Origin: Callorhinchus milii
Lineage: Eukaryota
Assembly: GCF_018977255.1 (NCBI RefSeq)
Contig: NW_024704743.1
Location: 682,001-746,000 of the forward strand
Length of the DNA stretch: 64,000 bases
Direction of reading: 5' to 3'
The position numbers and the translations under genes are program-made. The notes beneath the pieces were generated by a model. That model was not told where the DNA came from and searched no databases. It saw only the letters and a program-made list of their open reading frames with translations. Below are positions 22,304 through 36,313 of this stretch, piece after piece. The number at the start of each line of letters is the position of its first letter. Positions within the stretch are counted from its first letter, which is position 1.

Positions 22304-22995
22304 TTCGTAGGGATTGAAATATGATAAGAGAGCAATATAGTGAGATACGAGAGAGAGAGAGAGACGATAGAGATAGACATGTTAGAGAAGGAGAAAAAAA
22401 TGATAGAGACAGAAATATGATGTGAATTCATAGACAGACAGTCAGTCAGACAGACAGAGAGATAGAAAGTTATGCCGTGGAGATAACAGTTTCGACCGAC
22501 CCAATGGCCTCCGCCATTCCTCTGAGCTTTGCGTTAGTCTGACAGATTGTGGGGGCAAATCTGCGGGATTTCCTAACGGGATACCGTAGGCACAGATCTC
22601 CCAAAGTCTCAGGGGAGCTTCGATCCGGAAGTGGATCGGGATCCAAACCGAGTTCCTTGGTGACGTCCTTCAGGAGCTGGGAACCCCCCCCCCCCCCACC
22701 CCATTTCCCCTTCGACCCCACCTTCGATCATCTTCCCTCCTCCATTCCAACCAATCCCGTTAGGAAATACCGCAATTTGCAGACCCCACCGTCTTAATCT
22801 CAAATGTTATTCTTAATCCCAGTTCCCCCCCCCACCCCACTGCACATTTGGAGGCAAAACCCGGCAGCACAGTTGCACACGGCAATGTCCTACGGTTACA
22901 AAACAAAGACTAATTGATGGACCTCTCTCTGTTCACTCCTCCTTTACCCCCACGAGACCCCCCCCACCCCCTCCCGCCCCCTCAAATCGTCTAAC

Positions 22996-23026
<31 letters not shown>

Positions 23027-23379
23027 CCTCCTGCATCCACTGTAATTCCCCAGGGGAAGGAGGGTGATTAATACAACGCCTCAAAGCGCTTCACACCATT
23101 TCACTGGGAAGTGTAGTGACTGTGCTTTTTAACGTCCGCCCGAATAAGTGCAGACGGGACCTCGGTTTAATGTCTCATCCGAAAGACGACCCCCCCCCCC
23201 CCCCCCCACCCCCAGCGCTGCAATGGAGTGTCAGCCTGGACTGTGAGCTCAAAGCGCACCCCCAACCTCCGCCCCCCCACAAAGGGGCCCACTAAATTGA
23301 CACGTCAGCCCTCAGTCACCTCCAGCACCCGGCACTTTCACTCTCAAACCTGACCTTCCTTTGACCTGCAAAGAAAATT

Positions 23380-23380
23380 A

Positions 23381-23453
<73 letters not shown>

Positions 23454-23460
23454 GTGATTG
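23380..23460. repeat. (ATTG)n microsatellite
   Basis: Direct observation. Confidence 0.95.
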
Positions 23461-25293
23461 AGTGGACCGGCACAGATCTGATCAACCAGCAATCGATTGC
23501 AGAACAGTAAGCGCTTAAAAACATGTCGCCATCAACGCAGCAGAAGGGAGGGTGAGGATGATGATGATGATGGTGGTGGTGGTGGCAGGGGTTTGTGGGG
23601 GGGGGTTTGAGAAAGGCGCTCAAACTGTTAAATCTGATGTCCGCAAGAAGACACCTTGGTGCGTAAAGCTCGACCCCCTCCCACCCACCCCCCCCCCACC
23701 CCCACCCCCATCAAAGCCCTTCACAGAATATACCGTAAAGCGAATTGACTGTGTGTTCTCTGGGCGACACGCGGCAGCCGATTGCGCCCAACGGCGTCCC
23801 CCCCCCCCCCCAAACACCCGTGGCTTTGGCGAGCGACCGGATTATGCTCATTATTTATTTTGAAGGGATCATTTACCCCCCGGAAAAGCGATCCGCCATC
23901 AATCGACTAACGACCGGGGTTCCCACTGACCGCCGGGTAAACGGAGGCTGGACGCGAGTGCGGGCTGACTGGACAGGTCGTGAGTTGGGGAAGAGTTTCC
24001 CCCTTATTCATACCCTCCCCTCCGCACCCCCACTTCCCACCCCAGAGACCTGGGGGGGGGGGGGGGGGGGGAGTGGGGGGGTTCATTAACCGAGCCACAG
24101 ATCCCGACTGTTGCTGTGCGAGACTTAATTAGAGGCTGAACCTGCTGCGATGCTCAATATTCTTTATTAACGGACGTGAAGCGGACTGTGACCCTCTCTC
24201 TCTCTCTGTCTCTCTCTCTCTCCCCCCACCGCACCCCTCTCCCCCCCGCACCCCAGCCCCTTCGCTCCCCCCCCCCCCCACCCACCCCCCCCTCCCAAAC
24301 CACCCCCCCAAACCCAACGGGGGAATCCTGTCGGACAAACAGACAATCAATCACATGCTTGAGTAGAAAAATATCAAATATAATAATAAATTTATGAAAG
24401 AGCCATAACATACGCCATTAAGTGTTGTACAATTTCTTTTCCGCTACGGCAGGAGGTTACGATAATGTTAACGCGAGATTTTTGCTACTTTAACCAGCGG
24501 GAGACACTTCAATATGATAGGGTTTCCGAAAAACGCAGACAGTCACCGAAATCGTCGTGAAAAAGTGATACATTGCATTTCCCCCCTCCACCCGCCCCAT
24601 AACCCCCTAACCCAACCCCTCGCTCTCTCTGTCTCTCTCCCTCTCTCTCTCTCTCACACCCCTCTCTCCCCCACCCGCCCCTCCCGCCCGCCGCTCCCAC
24701 CGCCACTCCCTCCAGGCTTTCACGACGTAAGACACGGGTGGGGTGGGGTGGGGTGGGGTGGGGGGTGTTCAAGAGTCGCAGTCGCTCAAAAGTCACTCGG
24801 CGTTAGGGAGTCGTGCCCCTCGCGGTCTCGCTCCGGTTCAATCGGGGACCGTGAAAGCCCGCAACCCCCACCCACCCCCAAAAAAACACACAGCGGCAGC
24901 AGCAGAAGGTCAACCAAACACTCCCCCCGCCGCCCGCTAACGGCTTGGGCTTTGACACCTGCTCACTCACTCACACTCTCTCTCTCTCTCTCTCTCTCTC
25001 GCTCTCTCTCGTTCTCTCGCTCTCGGCGCCCGACCACTTCACCTTCCGCTGTTCCGCTACGCAGTGGCGTTGGATCGTCTTCAAGTCATTTCGATTGGAA
25101 ACCTCTTTTTTGTAAACAAGACATCTTTTTTTTATATATATATGTATGTGTATGTATATGTATATATATCTTAGTGTTTGTTTTTTGCCCCCTTCTGTTT
25201 TCACCCCCCTTTCCCTCCCCCCACCAACCCTCCCAACCCCCCCACAGTCGGTCTCTGTGCGCAGCCCCCCCCACCCCCCCACCAACCCCAAGT

Positions 25294-26540
25294 TCACACC
25301 AAAGACTCCCTGTCTCTGCCGGGGGTCCTCTCCGTAAAAGAGTCCGTTCGGCCCTCGACCTGCTCGGAGCTCTCCTCCTCCTCCGCCCCCGCCCCACAGC
25401 CCGCGGCCTGGGTCACGCTGTTGTAAGAGGGAGGGGACGAGATGCACAAGCTGGTGTCCACCGGCTCTGTCCTGGGGCCGTAGTGCTCGTTGATCATGGC
25501 CGCGATCAGCCCCTCCTTCTCCGGGGCGCTTTCCGCGAGGAAGTCGCAGTCGCTGGCTCGGTGCCGGTACAGGAAGGAAGCTTGTCTCATGGAGCGTCGC
25601 AGGAGGTGCCTGCGGTAGGCCCTCTGGATGACGATGGCGGACACCTCCTCTTGCCTCCGCCTCAAGGTGCTGGTGATGGGCTCGTAGGAGATCTTGGAAG
25701 GGTTGGCGGCCATGAACTTCTCTTCCATCTGGAGCTTGAGGGCGTCCATCTCCCCCGACTCGCCCAGCACCCGCTTGGTGAAGGCAAACAAGATGTCCAG
25801 GCAGTGGATCCTGTCCCCGCTCACCATGGGCAGGTCCATTGTGATCAGCTTGATCTTGTTGGGCCTGGCGATGCGCAGGGGCTCCTGCAGCGCGTCCGCG
25901 AAGCTGGACAGGGCCTTGTAGGCAATGAACTGGGTGGCTTCGGGGTCGAACTTCTCCCAGACCTCGTAGAACATCTCGAAGTCGTCCTCGCTCAGAGGCT
26001 CTGAGCTCTCCTCCGTGGCCACGCTGAAGTTCTCCAGGATGATGGCGATGTACATGTTGACCACAATGAGGAAGGAGATGATGATGTAGCTGACGAAGAA
26101 GAAGATGCCCACGGACCGGTTGCCACAGTTGCCCCTGACGGTGCTGCCCGGGTGAACCATGGTGGGATCGCAGTCCGGGCGGTCGCTGTTGAGGATGGGG
26201 CTCAGGAGACCGTCCCACCCTGCGGAGGTGGTGATCTGGAACAGGCAGATCATGCTGTTGCCGAAGGTCTCGAAGTTGAACATGTCGTTGATTCCGTCTT
26301 CCTTCTTGACGTAGGCAAAGTTGGCCATGCCGAAAATGGCGTAGATGAACATGACCAGGAAAAGCAGCAGACCGATGTTGAACAAGGCGGGGAGGGACAT
26401 CATTAAGGCAAACAGCAAGGTCCTTATTCCTTTGGCCCCCCGGATAAGGCGAAGGATACGTCCGATACGGGCCAGCCGGATGACTCGGAAGAGAGTGGGC
26501 GACACAAAGTATTTAATGATCAGATCGGAAAGGACCAGAC
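25294..26540 (-). CDS. SCN5A: Nav1.5-like terminal coding exon (DIV S4-S6, EF-hand/IQ region, PY motif, PDZ tail)
   Basis: Contains [25 protein letters not shown] and the terminal DRESLV* (human SCN5A ends DRESIV). Linkage to ACAA1 also favours the SCN5A lineage over SCN4A. Confidence 0.93.
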
Positions 26541-29376
26541 CTGCGGACAAGGGATGGTGAAACAACCCGGGCGTTATTCAACTCCGAGACTCGATCCAAA
26601 ATCACTGCCTGCATTTGGAACGAACGGTAATTAACGGTGGCAATTAATACGCAGACTGATCCCCGGGGAGAGGGGGCGGGTGGGGGGGGGAAGGGGGGTC
26701 ACTGGGGGCTTCGCGATCATTGCCACTGTCACCTAACCTCGCCTCCTTCAAGTCCCATCTCAAGACCCTCCCCTGTGACCCTCCTACCCCCTGCCCTCCC
26801 CGACCTCCACCCCCTCCTGATTCCCAACCACCAGCTCGGGTCCAAATCCCTGACTGTCCAGCGCCTCGGGACATTGTTGTTGTTGTCACCTCTGTTGCTT
26901 GCCCACCCGAGAGGTTGGTCACACCACATAATGCCACCCCACCCCCCCCAACCACCACCTCCCCCCAACCCAGCCACCCGGCGACATGTTTGTGGGACAT
27001 TGGCTGTCAAGTTCGCCCACAAACTATATCCCGCCTTATTATGTCGCTGAGCAGTCTCAAAGAGCTTCACGGAACATATAGTAATGTGGATTGACCATAT
27101 ATTTTGTGGGTGAAGCACAGCAACCAATTCCACACAACAGTGTCCCACAAACAGTCGTGGATTTTTAAAGGGGGTTATTACCCGGGTAAACCAAGGCGTG
27201 TGGAGTGAGGAAACTTGCCTAAGGTTTCCTTCCCCCTGACCCGCCCGGGAATCAAACCCGGGTCCTCTCGCTTGCGAGGCGAGAGCGCTCTAACCACCGA
27301 GCTACGGGACTCCACGTTTAACATCTCATCTGAAGGACGACATCTCTGAAGACTTGGACAACATGACACCCTCTTTAACCCCCCCCCACCCCCCACTGCC
27401 TCCCTCTACACGCCCCACAACGTACACGGTCACAACAACAACTTGATACAGTGCAGTTGGTGTGGGGGCAGAGTCTCAGGGTAGACCCTTAATAATGGGG
27501 AAGGTTGACTCCGAGCGGAAGAGGAACAGGAGGTGATACGGTCAAAGAGCAAAGTCTTCAGGTGCGACCTGCAGATGGGCAAAGAGGGGGAGCAAGGCTA
27601 AATATCCAGTCAATTCCCTTTACGGTGTACCCTGCGAAGCGCTTTGAGAAGTGATCGGGCGCTGTATCAAATGCCGGCCTTATTCCTTGCGAGGCGGAGT
27701 GAGGGGCCTAACGGTTCAGCTGCTTCAATGTGCCCCCTGACGGCAGGGAGGCTGTGTCGGCAGTCTGCCTGCCCGCGCGTGTGAACTGACGTGGGGCTGA
27801 AAACATAAACGGATGAAAGGGCCACATCTGTGTCGCGTCACCGGTCACCCATCGGATTGGCCTCTGGCAGACAGGAGGCTTTATTTACCTCGATTAAAAA
27901 CAATCATTTGTTTTGCCCGCGGGGGTGACGGGGCTTAGCTCGAAACTTAGTAACTCGCATGTGAAAAGTTTAAGCCGCTATTAGTCCTAATGAAAATCTA
28001 TTCCTCGTCGGGTCGAAGGCTTCAGTTCTGCTTTCGCTGCGGCAAAGCCGTTAAAGAGGGCCGGGGCGAGATTCCGACCGGCTTCCCTTCCCGCACACCC
28101 GCAGCTCTCAACCGGATTCCTTCCGCAGAATGTTGCTGCGGAACACACCGTTCAGAGAGTAAACCAGCGGGTCTAACCCACTGGGGAAGCAAATCCTGTC
28201 TAGTGCCACACTTGCCCCCCCCACCACCCCCACCAACACCCACTCTCTAACCCACCACACATACACACGGTATAATGCGGAGGTCAAGTGGGATCGCAAC
28301 CATAAAACATAAGAACAGCTGGACAGTTCGCTTTCCACCATCCCGGCATTCCTACTGACTGCCGAGGCTTGTGTGTGGAGCGAGGAAACTTGCCTCAGGT
28401 TTCTCTCGCCCTGGCCGGGAATCGAACCCGGGTCCTCTCGCTCCACAACGCTCACAGCAGCATTACCCCTCCCCTCCCCACCTCTCTTCCACGTCCGTCA
28501 GTGCTGCGTTGGATCGTTGGCTAAAGGTCTCGGCCTGCAATCGAAACCCACCCCCCCGAGTCTCCGGGGGGGGGGCAGAGAGCGCTACTGACTGACTGAG
28601 CCTGGCTGACGGAGAAGATTGCATTGCTGGATGAAGGGAAGATTTCACTAACAAGATAAAATAATGCACGTAACAACAGAGAGGCAAAAAAAAAAAAAAA
28701 AAAAATACGAATCCTTTCGATTCGATTGGCTTTAAGCAGACCTTTTTGGTCTTTGAAGGATTAGGTTGAACCTAAGCAGATTACACGACTTTAATGTAAA
28801 GCCTCAGTCAACTTTGGAACCCGTCCCAACAATACGCCGGGCGAAGAAATCATCCCCCGATAAGGAGGGAGGGAGAGAGGAAAAAAAATAATAATAATAA
28901 TAATAATTTGGTCACACAATCCACGACTGTTTGTGGGGCACGTCTGCGGGCGATTGTTGGCTGCCGCGGTTCGCCCACAAAATACACGGTCACTACGCTT
29001 TACAGTATAACGCACGGTCACAGAGATAATAGTAATAATAATAATCCTTACCTCCGACACAGTGCTTTATCGCAGGGTCAAAATGCCTGGAAGCGCTTTG
29101 CAGGATATGTTGTAGAGTGTAGCGACTGTGTATATGTGGCAGGAATGTCTCTCAATCGACAGACAACCGTGTTCCTACTTACCGCTATGTAAACAGAGGC
29201 GTGCGTGTGGAGTAAGGAAATTTACCTTGCGCCCTGCCCAGGAGTCTGGCTTGCGAGGCGAGTGCTCCAACCCACTGCCCTACAGAACTCCGGGGTCTTA
29301 AGGTTGGGAGGGGAAGGATTTGAAGCAGAGATAACAAGGCGAGTTGTCTATTGGCAAGTGCGATTCATTAACCTAC

Positions 29377-29647
29377 CAACAACGGAGAGTATAACCACCA
29401 CAAAATCGAACACGTTCCAACCCACTGTGAAGAAGTACTGCCGGAGGGCGACGAGTTTGAGGGTGCACTCGGTGGTGAAGATGACAATGAAGATTATGTT
29501 GATGTTGAAGAGGATATTGATGGTTTGCTTGTCCATGTCGTCGCTCTCCACCATCATGGTCACCATATTCAGGCAAATCATGATCATGATGATGATGTCG
29601 AAGGCTTGCTTCGAGACCAGGTCAAAGATCAGGCCTTGGAATTTGTT
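29377..29647 (-). CDS. SCN5A: Nav1.5-like exon 27 equivalent (DIV S1-S3)
   Basis: 271 nt: [17 protein letters not shown]...[16 protein letters not shown]. Confidence 0.95.
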
Positions 29648-29919
29648 CTGCACCGGGGGGGTGGGTGAGGGGAGGCCGATGGGTGTGGGGGGCGGGGGGG
29701 GGAAGAAAACAAACACCATATGTGAGTTGGACTGTGACTACAGTCTTTTCTACTCTAGGCTCCATGAGGCTAGTACCTCCACTGTCTCACTTGTCTACAC
29801 ATCCCTTAGTTTTATCTGGTTAGACTCCAGCAGTTCCACCCAACGCACTCCCTGGGCTTCCCCCCCACCCCCCCCAACCTTGGCTCTCGCCCACCTGCGC
29901 CTAATGCTCTCCGGAATTA

Positions 29920-30306
<387 letters not shown>

Positions 30307-30551
30307 TCAATCACTGTAAAGATTTCAATAATAAACTTTCGAAAAGGGAATTGGATATTTACTTGAAAAGAAAAACGTTTGCAGGGTCTTTGGGGGTAAG
30401 AGCGCGGTGGGGGGGGGGGGGCAGAGTGGAATTGATTTGGGGAGCTCTTCCAAAGAGGGACGCACAGGCACCATAGGCCGAATGGCCTCCTTCTGAGCGG
30501 TAGGATTCTACGATAACTGAGCCAGGAATAAATCAGGGTTTTGATACTTAT

Positions 30552-30689
30552 CTTCTTCTTCTGCTGATTGAAGTTGTCGATGATGACACCGATGAAGAGG
30601 TTGAGAGTGAAGAACGAGCCGAATATGATGAAGATCACAAAGTACAGGTACCAGTACTTGCTGTACTCGTATTCCGGCTGTTCGTTCAA
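30552..30689 (-). CDS. SCN5A: Nav1.5-like exon 25 equivalent (DIII-S6; ...[14 protein letters not shown])
   Basis: 138 nt, followed by the non-canonical donor ATAAGT. Confidence 0.95.
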
Positions 30690-31016
30690 CTGCGTCAAAC
30701 CATAAATAAAAAACAATGGTTGCATTTGAAGGTAATAATAATAAATAATAATAATCCTTGCATTTGATATGGCGGCTTATCACGTCAACGAGCCTCACAG
30801 AATATACTGTGAAGCAAAATGGATTGACCGTGTATCTCGTGGGCGAAACTCGGCGGCGAATTACGCACAGCAGTGTCCCCTACACGATCAGTCGCGGATT
30901 GAGTGACGTCCATTTTTTTGGGGGGGGTGGCGGGGGGAGGGGGGGGGGGGGGAGGGGGGGCGGGGGGGGGGATCATTACTCCCGGTGGGTAAGGTATTTA
31001 AGGTCCATTTCCTTAC

Positions 31017-31070
31017 GTTTCGGGAATCGACAGCAGCGTACATTATGCTCATCCAACCTTTGAAAGTTGC
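31017..31070 (-). CDS. SCN5A: Nav1.5-like exon 24 equivalent (DIII selectivity filter ATFKGWMSIMYAAVDSRN)
   Basis: 54 nt. Contains the DEKA lysine. AG/GTAAGG bounded. Confidence 0.95.
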
Positions 31071-31477
31071 CTGGAAAAGATCAAAAGGGAGAGATGTCAA
31101 CAGCTGGAACTTACATAACAACCCTTTCATTTAATGCAGCCCCTGAACACCGCTTCGCAAACCTCCGCACAGAACAGCCACCGTGTATTTTGGAGGCGAA
31201 CCACAGCTGCCACTTTGCAATTAACATCCCACCAACAGCCATGAAGCGAGTGATCAGTTTTATCGCGGGTAACCTCTCTTTGAATTGTGCCCCGGGATGT
31301 TTCACCTCCACCTGAACAGGCAGATAGGACCTTGTTTTAATGTCTCATAGGAAGGACGGTACCTCCGACAATACAACAGCACCCGCCCACCCCCCCCCCC
31401 ACCCACACACTCGTGTAAGCCCCCTCCACATCGGGAGGACGTCTCGAAGCTCTCCACGGAGCTGAAGACTTGCCACG

Positions 31478-31825
31478 TAATAATAATCCTTGCCTTCAAT
31501 GCAGCGCCTTATCACATCTTCAAGACCCAAAGCGCTTTGCGGGATACACCGTAAAGTGAGTTGATTGTGTATATTTGTGGGCGAAACGCGGCGGCCGATT
31601 GCGCCCGGCAGCGACTCACAAACAGCCGCGGGGGCGAGCGGGCAAATTATTATTTTGCTTGAAGGAAGAGCGATCCGCCAATCGACTAGCAACCAGCTTC
31701 CTCCTCACTGCTCGGTGAGCGGAGGCGTGCGGAGAAAGGAAATGTTTCGCCCTGCCCGGGAATCGAACCCAGGTCCTCTCGCTTTGCGAGGCGAGCTCTC
31801 TGCAACATAAGCTACAGGGACTCCG
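31478..31825 (-). mobile_element. tRNA-derived SINE, near full-length copy
   Basis: Tail, core and tRNA head all present. Confidence 0.85.
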
Positions 31826-34180
31826 CCGCAACTGAAATGCTTCACACACTCCACTTGTTGGGAGATCTCCTCCATCAAGACGCGGAAGGGAGGGAAGGAG
31901 GGAGGGAGGGAGGGAGGCTGGAGCTATGGTCGGGGCCAGCAGTAAGTTATTCCAAACAAAGCGACCCACACGCCAGGCAACAAAGGCGGGCGATATCACT
32001 GCTAACCACCTCTGTTTGCTTCGCTGTCAACGGTGTTAATTTTAGACCGCGCCGCGCAGATGGGCGATTGAATGCCTCTTAAATGCAAATGCTGCGTTCT
32101 GTCTGCATTGTTACTCGGGAGCAGAAAGGGGCGGCAGATACCGAGGAAGCCGGTTGCCAGGATACACAATAATATTAATAAATCAATTTGCCCAGCCATT
32201 CGAACCGCGATAAGGTAATCAGGTGAAAGGGGCCTTAGCATTGCTCAATCACCAACCGTGCGAAGCCACCTCGTGATAAAATATCCATGATATTTTTGCA
32301 ACGGGGACCTGCATTTATACGATACAGCCCAGACTTATACGTTACGCCTCGTATTATAATACAATACAACGTGCGCGGGAATAGCGCCTTTGCGTGGTCA
32401 CTTCGCTTAGCGGTAAACGCCGGCGAAGCATTTCGAGACCTTTCGTCGGAGTTGTAACGCAAAAATACTCGGATGTCGGCCTGGCTCAGTGGCCGCGCTC
32501 CTGCCTCCGGGTCAAAAGCTTGTGGGTTCAAGCCCCACGTCGGCACATGAACTCGCAGCCGAAGTTGACACTCCAATGCAGTGCTGGGGGTGGGGGGGGG
32601 GTGGTGGTGGTGGGGAGAGGGGGGTTATCGGAGGTGCTGTTCTTCAGTGAGACCTTAAACCGAGGTCCCATCTTCCTGTACAGGTGAACGTTAAAGGTCT
32701 CACTGTTTGAAAAGAGAAGAGATTTTTCACTCTCTCTCTCTCTCTCTCTCTCTCTGTCCCGCTCTCCTGGCCAATTCCCCCCCCGCCCCCACCAAATAAA
32801 ATTGGTCACTCACTTCATGGCTGTCTGTGGGAGGTTGCTGTCACGGTTATCTTACAAACACACACCAACTTGCAGTGGAGTTATCTTACAAACACGTCAC
32901 CATAAATCCCGTGAAGTGCTTTTGATGTCCTCACAACGTGAAAGGCGTTATACCAAATTCAAGGATCGTTCATCATTTTTTTGTTTTGTAATCACCGACG
33001 GCTTTGTGCCACGTGCCTCTCTATACCCCTTCAGTGATTCACCTGCATTATCCCCCGAAGGCTCTCTGCCCTTTTAAAACACTACCATTCGCAAAACACC
33101 GAAACTTTACACGTCCTCTCCCGATTCTTCCTTCCAAAGTGTGCAGAAAAAAACAAAAATCACACTTTTCCACATTAAACTGCATCTGCCGTCGCTCTGC
33201 CCGACCCTGTAGTCCGTCAAACCTCTTTATAATTTTAAACGCCTCTGTTAGATCCACCGAGAAAAGTCTCTACCCCTAGCGACTAAAGGCACAATATAGC
33301 CAGTCTATGCCAGTCCTGATATCATCTATATTTTGCATTTAATATCACGCCCCTCATGCAGGGGAGTGTCCCGGGGGGGGGGGGGGGGCTCGATGTGACG
33401 GCCATCAAGTTGTCGTGTGATTGCGCGTATTGTGAGGGGCGAACATGAAAGCTATTCAAACTGCAGCCGCGTTCTCTCTTGAGTTACACACCCACACCTG
33501 TGTCAGAACTGCACCGGATGACTGTATCTCACTCACGAGGAGCGGAAATATGCAGGCAAATATTTAGTCACTTGAGAGGGAGGGAAAGGGGGGGGTGGGG
33601 GGCAGGTGCGAACAGCGCAACGACTAACAGACAAGAGCGTAGAACCACATCCGTGTATCTTACAGTCGAGTCGACTTATTTTTAGTTATTATAGGCGTCA
33701 GCGTTTGAAAGCAATCCTTGTCTCGTGAGTCCGAAGGGTTTTGTGTGTGTGTGCGTGTGGGTGTGTGTGTGTGTGTGTGTGTGCGTGTGTGTGGCCAAAG
33801 TAAACGACAATAATAACCTTGCATCCGATACAGCGCCTTGTCGCGTCGTTGAGACGTCTCCGAGCGCTCCTGTCAAGCGAACCGACCGTATAACTCGCGG
33901 CCGAGACGCAGCAGGCGAAATGCGCGCAGCGGAGTCCCGCAAACAGTCGTGGATTCGGTTAATTATTAATCTTAACGCGGAGGGAGAATTACCCCCAAGA
34001 AAGCGATCCGTCCGCCAATCGACTAGAAGACGTGGTGGGGGGGTGGGGGGAGTGCGTGCGGAGTAACGAAAGGAGACTTGCCCTAAGGTCTCGCACCCAC
34101 CCTCCTCCCCCCACCCACCCAACCCCACTCCCCAACCCCCCATCCTCGGGCGCTCTAAGTCCCGGCCAAAGAAAACTCAC

Positions 34181-34456
34181 CACTTGCAAGAGCGCGAGGT
34201 ATCCCAAGGCGACGTTGTCGAAGTTGACCTTCTCGTTGATCCATCGGATGTCGGTGTTATTCAGGGCCTGGCATTCGGTCTTGTTGTTGACGTCGTGGAC
34301 GGGCAGGAGGATCCCGCTGGTCATGTTCTTGCACCTGTAGAATTTCCCTGCGAACAGGTTCACTCCCATGATGCTGAAGATCAGCCAGAAGATGAGGCAG
34401 ACGAGGAGGACGTTGATGATGGAGGGGATGGCCCCGATCAAGGCATTGACCACCAC
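34181..34456 (-). CDS. SCN5A: Nav1.5-like exon 23 equivalent (DIII S5 and extracellular pore loop)
   Basis: 276 nt: [13 protein letters not shown]...[23 protein letters not shown] bounded. Confidence 0.95.
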
Positions 34457-35147
34457 CTAATCCAGATTCGAGGAAGAGCGTTACACATCTACTCAAATGA
34501 GGGGGGCCGGGGGGGGGTGGTGGGGGGGGAGGAGGGGAGGTGGTGGGGAGGTGGGTGGGGGAGGGGGGAAAGCATCGCGGGGTCGATTTTGCCGCATTAA
34601 TCTAATTTCGGAGCGGGAGGAGAAGGAGGGGGGCAAAAAAGAGGGGGAGGGAGGTGGTTGGATATTCCCTCTAAGCTGAGCGACGCAGTCCCAGTTCCTA
34701 AAATAGCCCACACTCCGAGTTTCCTAATTAGGAAATCGTTAGGAAATACCGCAAAATTGAGCTCGGCAATCTGTTCAATCTGCACCCCTCTGGTCACCTC
34801 TATCTACTGCCTCTTTCCCTCTCTTCCCTCCCTCTCTCCCTCCCTCCCTCCCTCCTCTGTTGCCTTTTGGAGCAAAGCTTCATAACGATCACTTTAATCT
34901 ATTTTACCTATAGAAATTTGCAGCCCTTTCAGTCCCATTTCCCTGCCCGTTCCCCATTCCCTTGTTGTTGTCTCCTTTTCCTGGATTTATCTAAAGGGTG
35001 TCCACAAAGCCCTCTTACCCCCCGTGACAGCGAACATGAGACTGCGGAGGAGCTGAAACAAGCTCCAGGAGATACACGTCACCTCCTCACTCCATCGTGT
35101 TCCGTGGACCCGGAACACTATGAAAATGAATACTATGAAAATGATGG

Positions 35148-35475
35148 CACTCACTCACACACTCACACACACTCACGCGCACACTCACTCACTCATACAC
35201 ACACACACACTCACTCACTCACTCACTTACACACACACTCATTCACACACACTCACGCATACACACACACACTCACACACACTCACTCATACATACACTC
35301 ACTCACTCACTCACTCATACACACACACACACTCACTCAGTCACACACACACACTCACTCATACATACACACACACTCACTCACATACTCATACGCACAC
35401 TCACTCACACACTCATTCACTCACACTCACGCACACACACACATATACTCACGCACACACACACACACACACGCG
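35148..35475. repeat. (CA)n/(CACT)n compound microsatellite
   Basis: Direct observation. Confidence 0.9.
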
Positions 35476-35573
35476 CAATGCAGAAAACAAAACCACCAAA
35501 TGGAGGTAACATGTCTTTGTGGACACCCGGTGTGGATTCAAATGTGGGTTCTGCCTCGACCATCAATCTGATG

Positions 35574-35605
<32 letters not shown>

Positions 35606-35913
35606 CTTGGTAGGGCATTACATATCCTAATACAATACAAAATTGACATTTGTATATTACCTTTCAAGGCACTAACTACCCTGTGTGAAAACAACTCTAA
35701 CCTCCCCATTTGCTCGATCGCTAACCATCTCAAAGTGATGCCCTGGTCTCTGGCCATTGACTCAAAGCCGTTTGGTTTTTTTTCCCAACCTTTACCGCCT
35801 TCCAGCACAGTATAACATCGGGAAAGAGAGAAACGAGATTACAACTGCAATCTATTAACTATTACTAATGAAATTCAGGCAAGCAAAAAAAAAAAAAAAG
35901 CCTTTACTGCACT

Positions 35914-36313
35914 TAGGCTTGCCGGTTTCTGATTTTAATCGGCAGAAATCTTTATTCGTCGGGTTTGCTGATTTCCCCCAAATCGCGGGAAATGAATTCC
36001 CAACCTTAAACAATGGTTGCTTTGCTCATCGAAACGTGGTTCGATTTCGGGTTTGATTTGCACCCCCACCCCCCCATCCCCCACCCCCCAACCCCTAAAA
36101 AAAAACAGCCGAATTCCGGGTTGTAAGGTCCCGGCAGATGTCGCTTCCTGCGAGTACATTGGAGGGGGGGGGGGTGGAGGGGGGGGGCGAGACCTTACGA
36201 ACCGGAGGGCGGCCCATTTTGAAATTGAAAAGGGGAGAGAAAAGGCAAAGCGAAGCGTGAGTTTTATCCGTCGAAAGCGGTTGCAAATTCACAGTCAGAA
36301 ACCGGCAACTCTA
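35914..36313. mobile_element. hAT-like MITE (~400 bp)
   Basis: 19-bp TIRs TAGGCTTGCCGGTTTCTGA and TCAGAAACCGGCAACTCTA (17/19 match). The 8-bp flanks ACTGCACT and ACCGCCCC match at 5/8, consistent with a decayed TSD. Confidence 0.65.

Noticed and set aside
24514..26004. 496-aa plus-strand ORF and 415-aa alternative-frame ORF (24971-26218)
   Set aside because: Shadows of the GC3-rich SCN5A terminal exon extended by low-complexity UTR. No recognisable domains.
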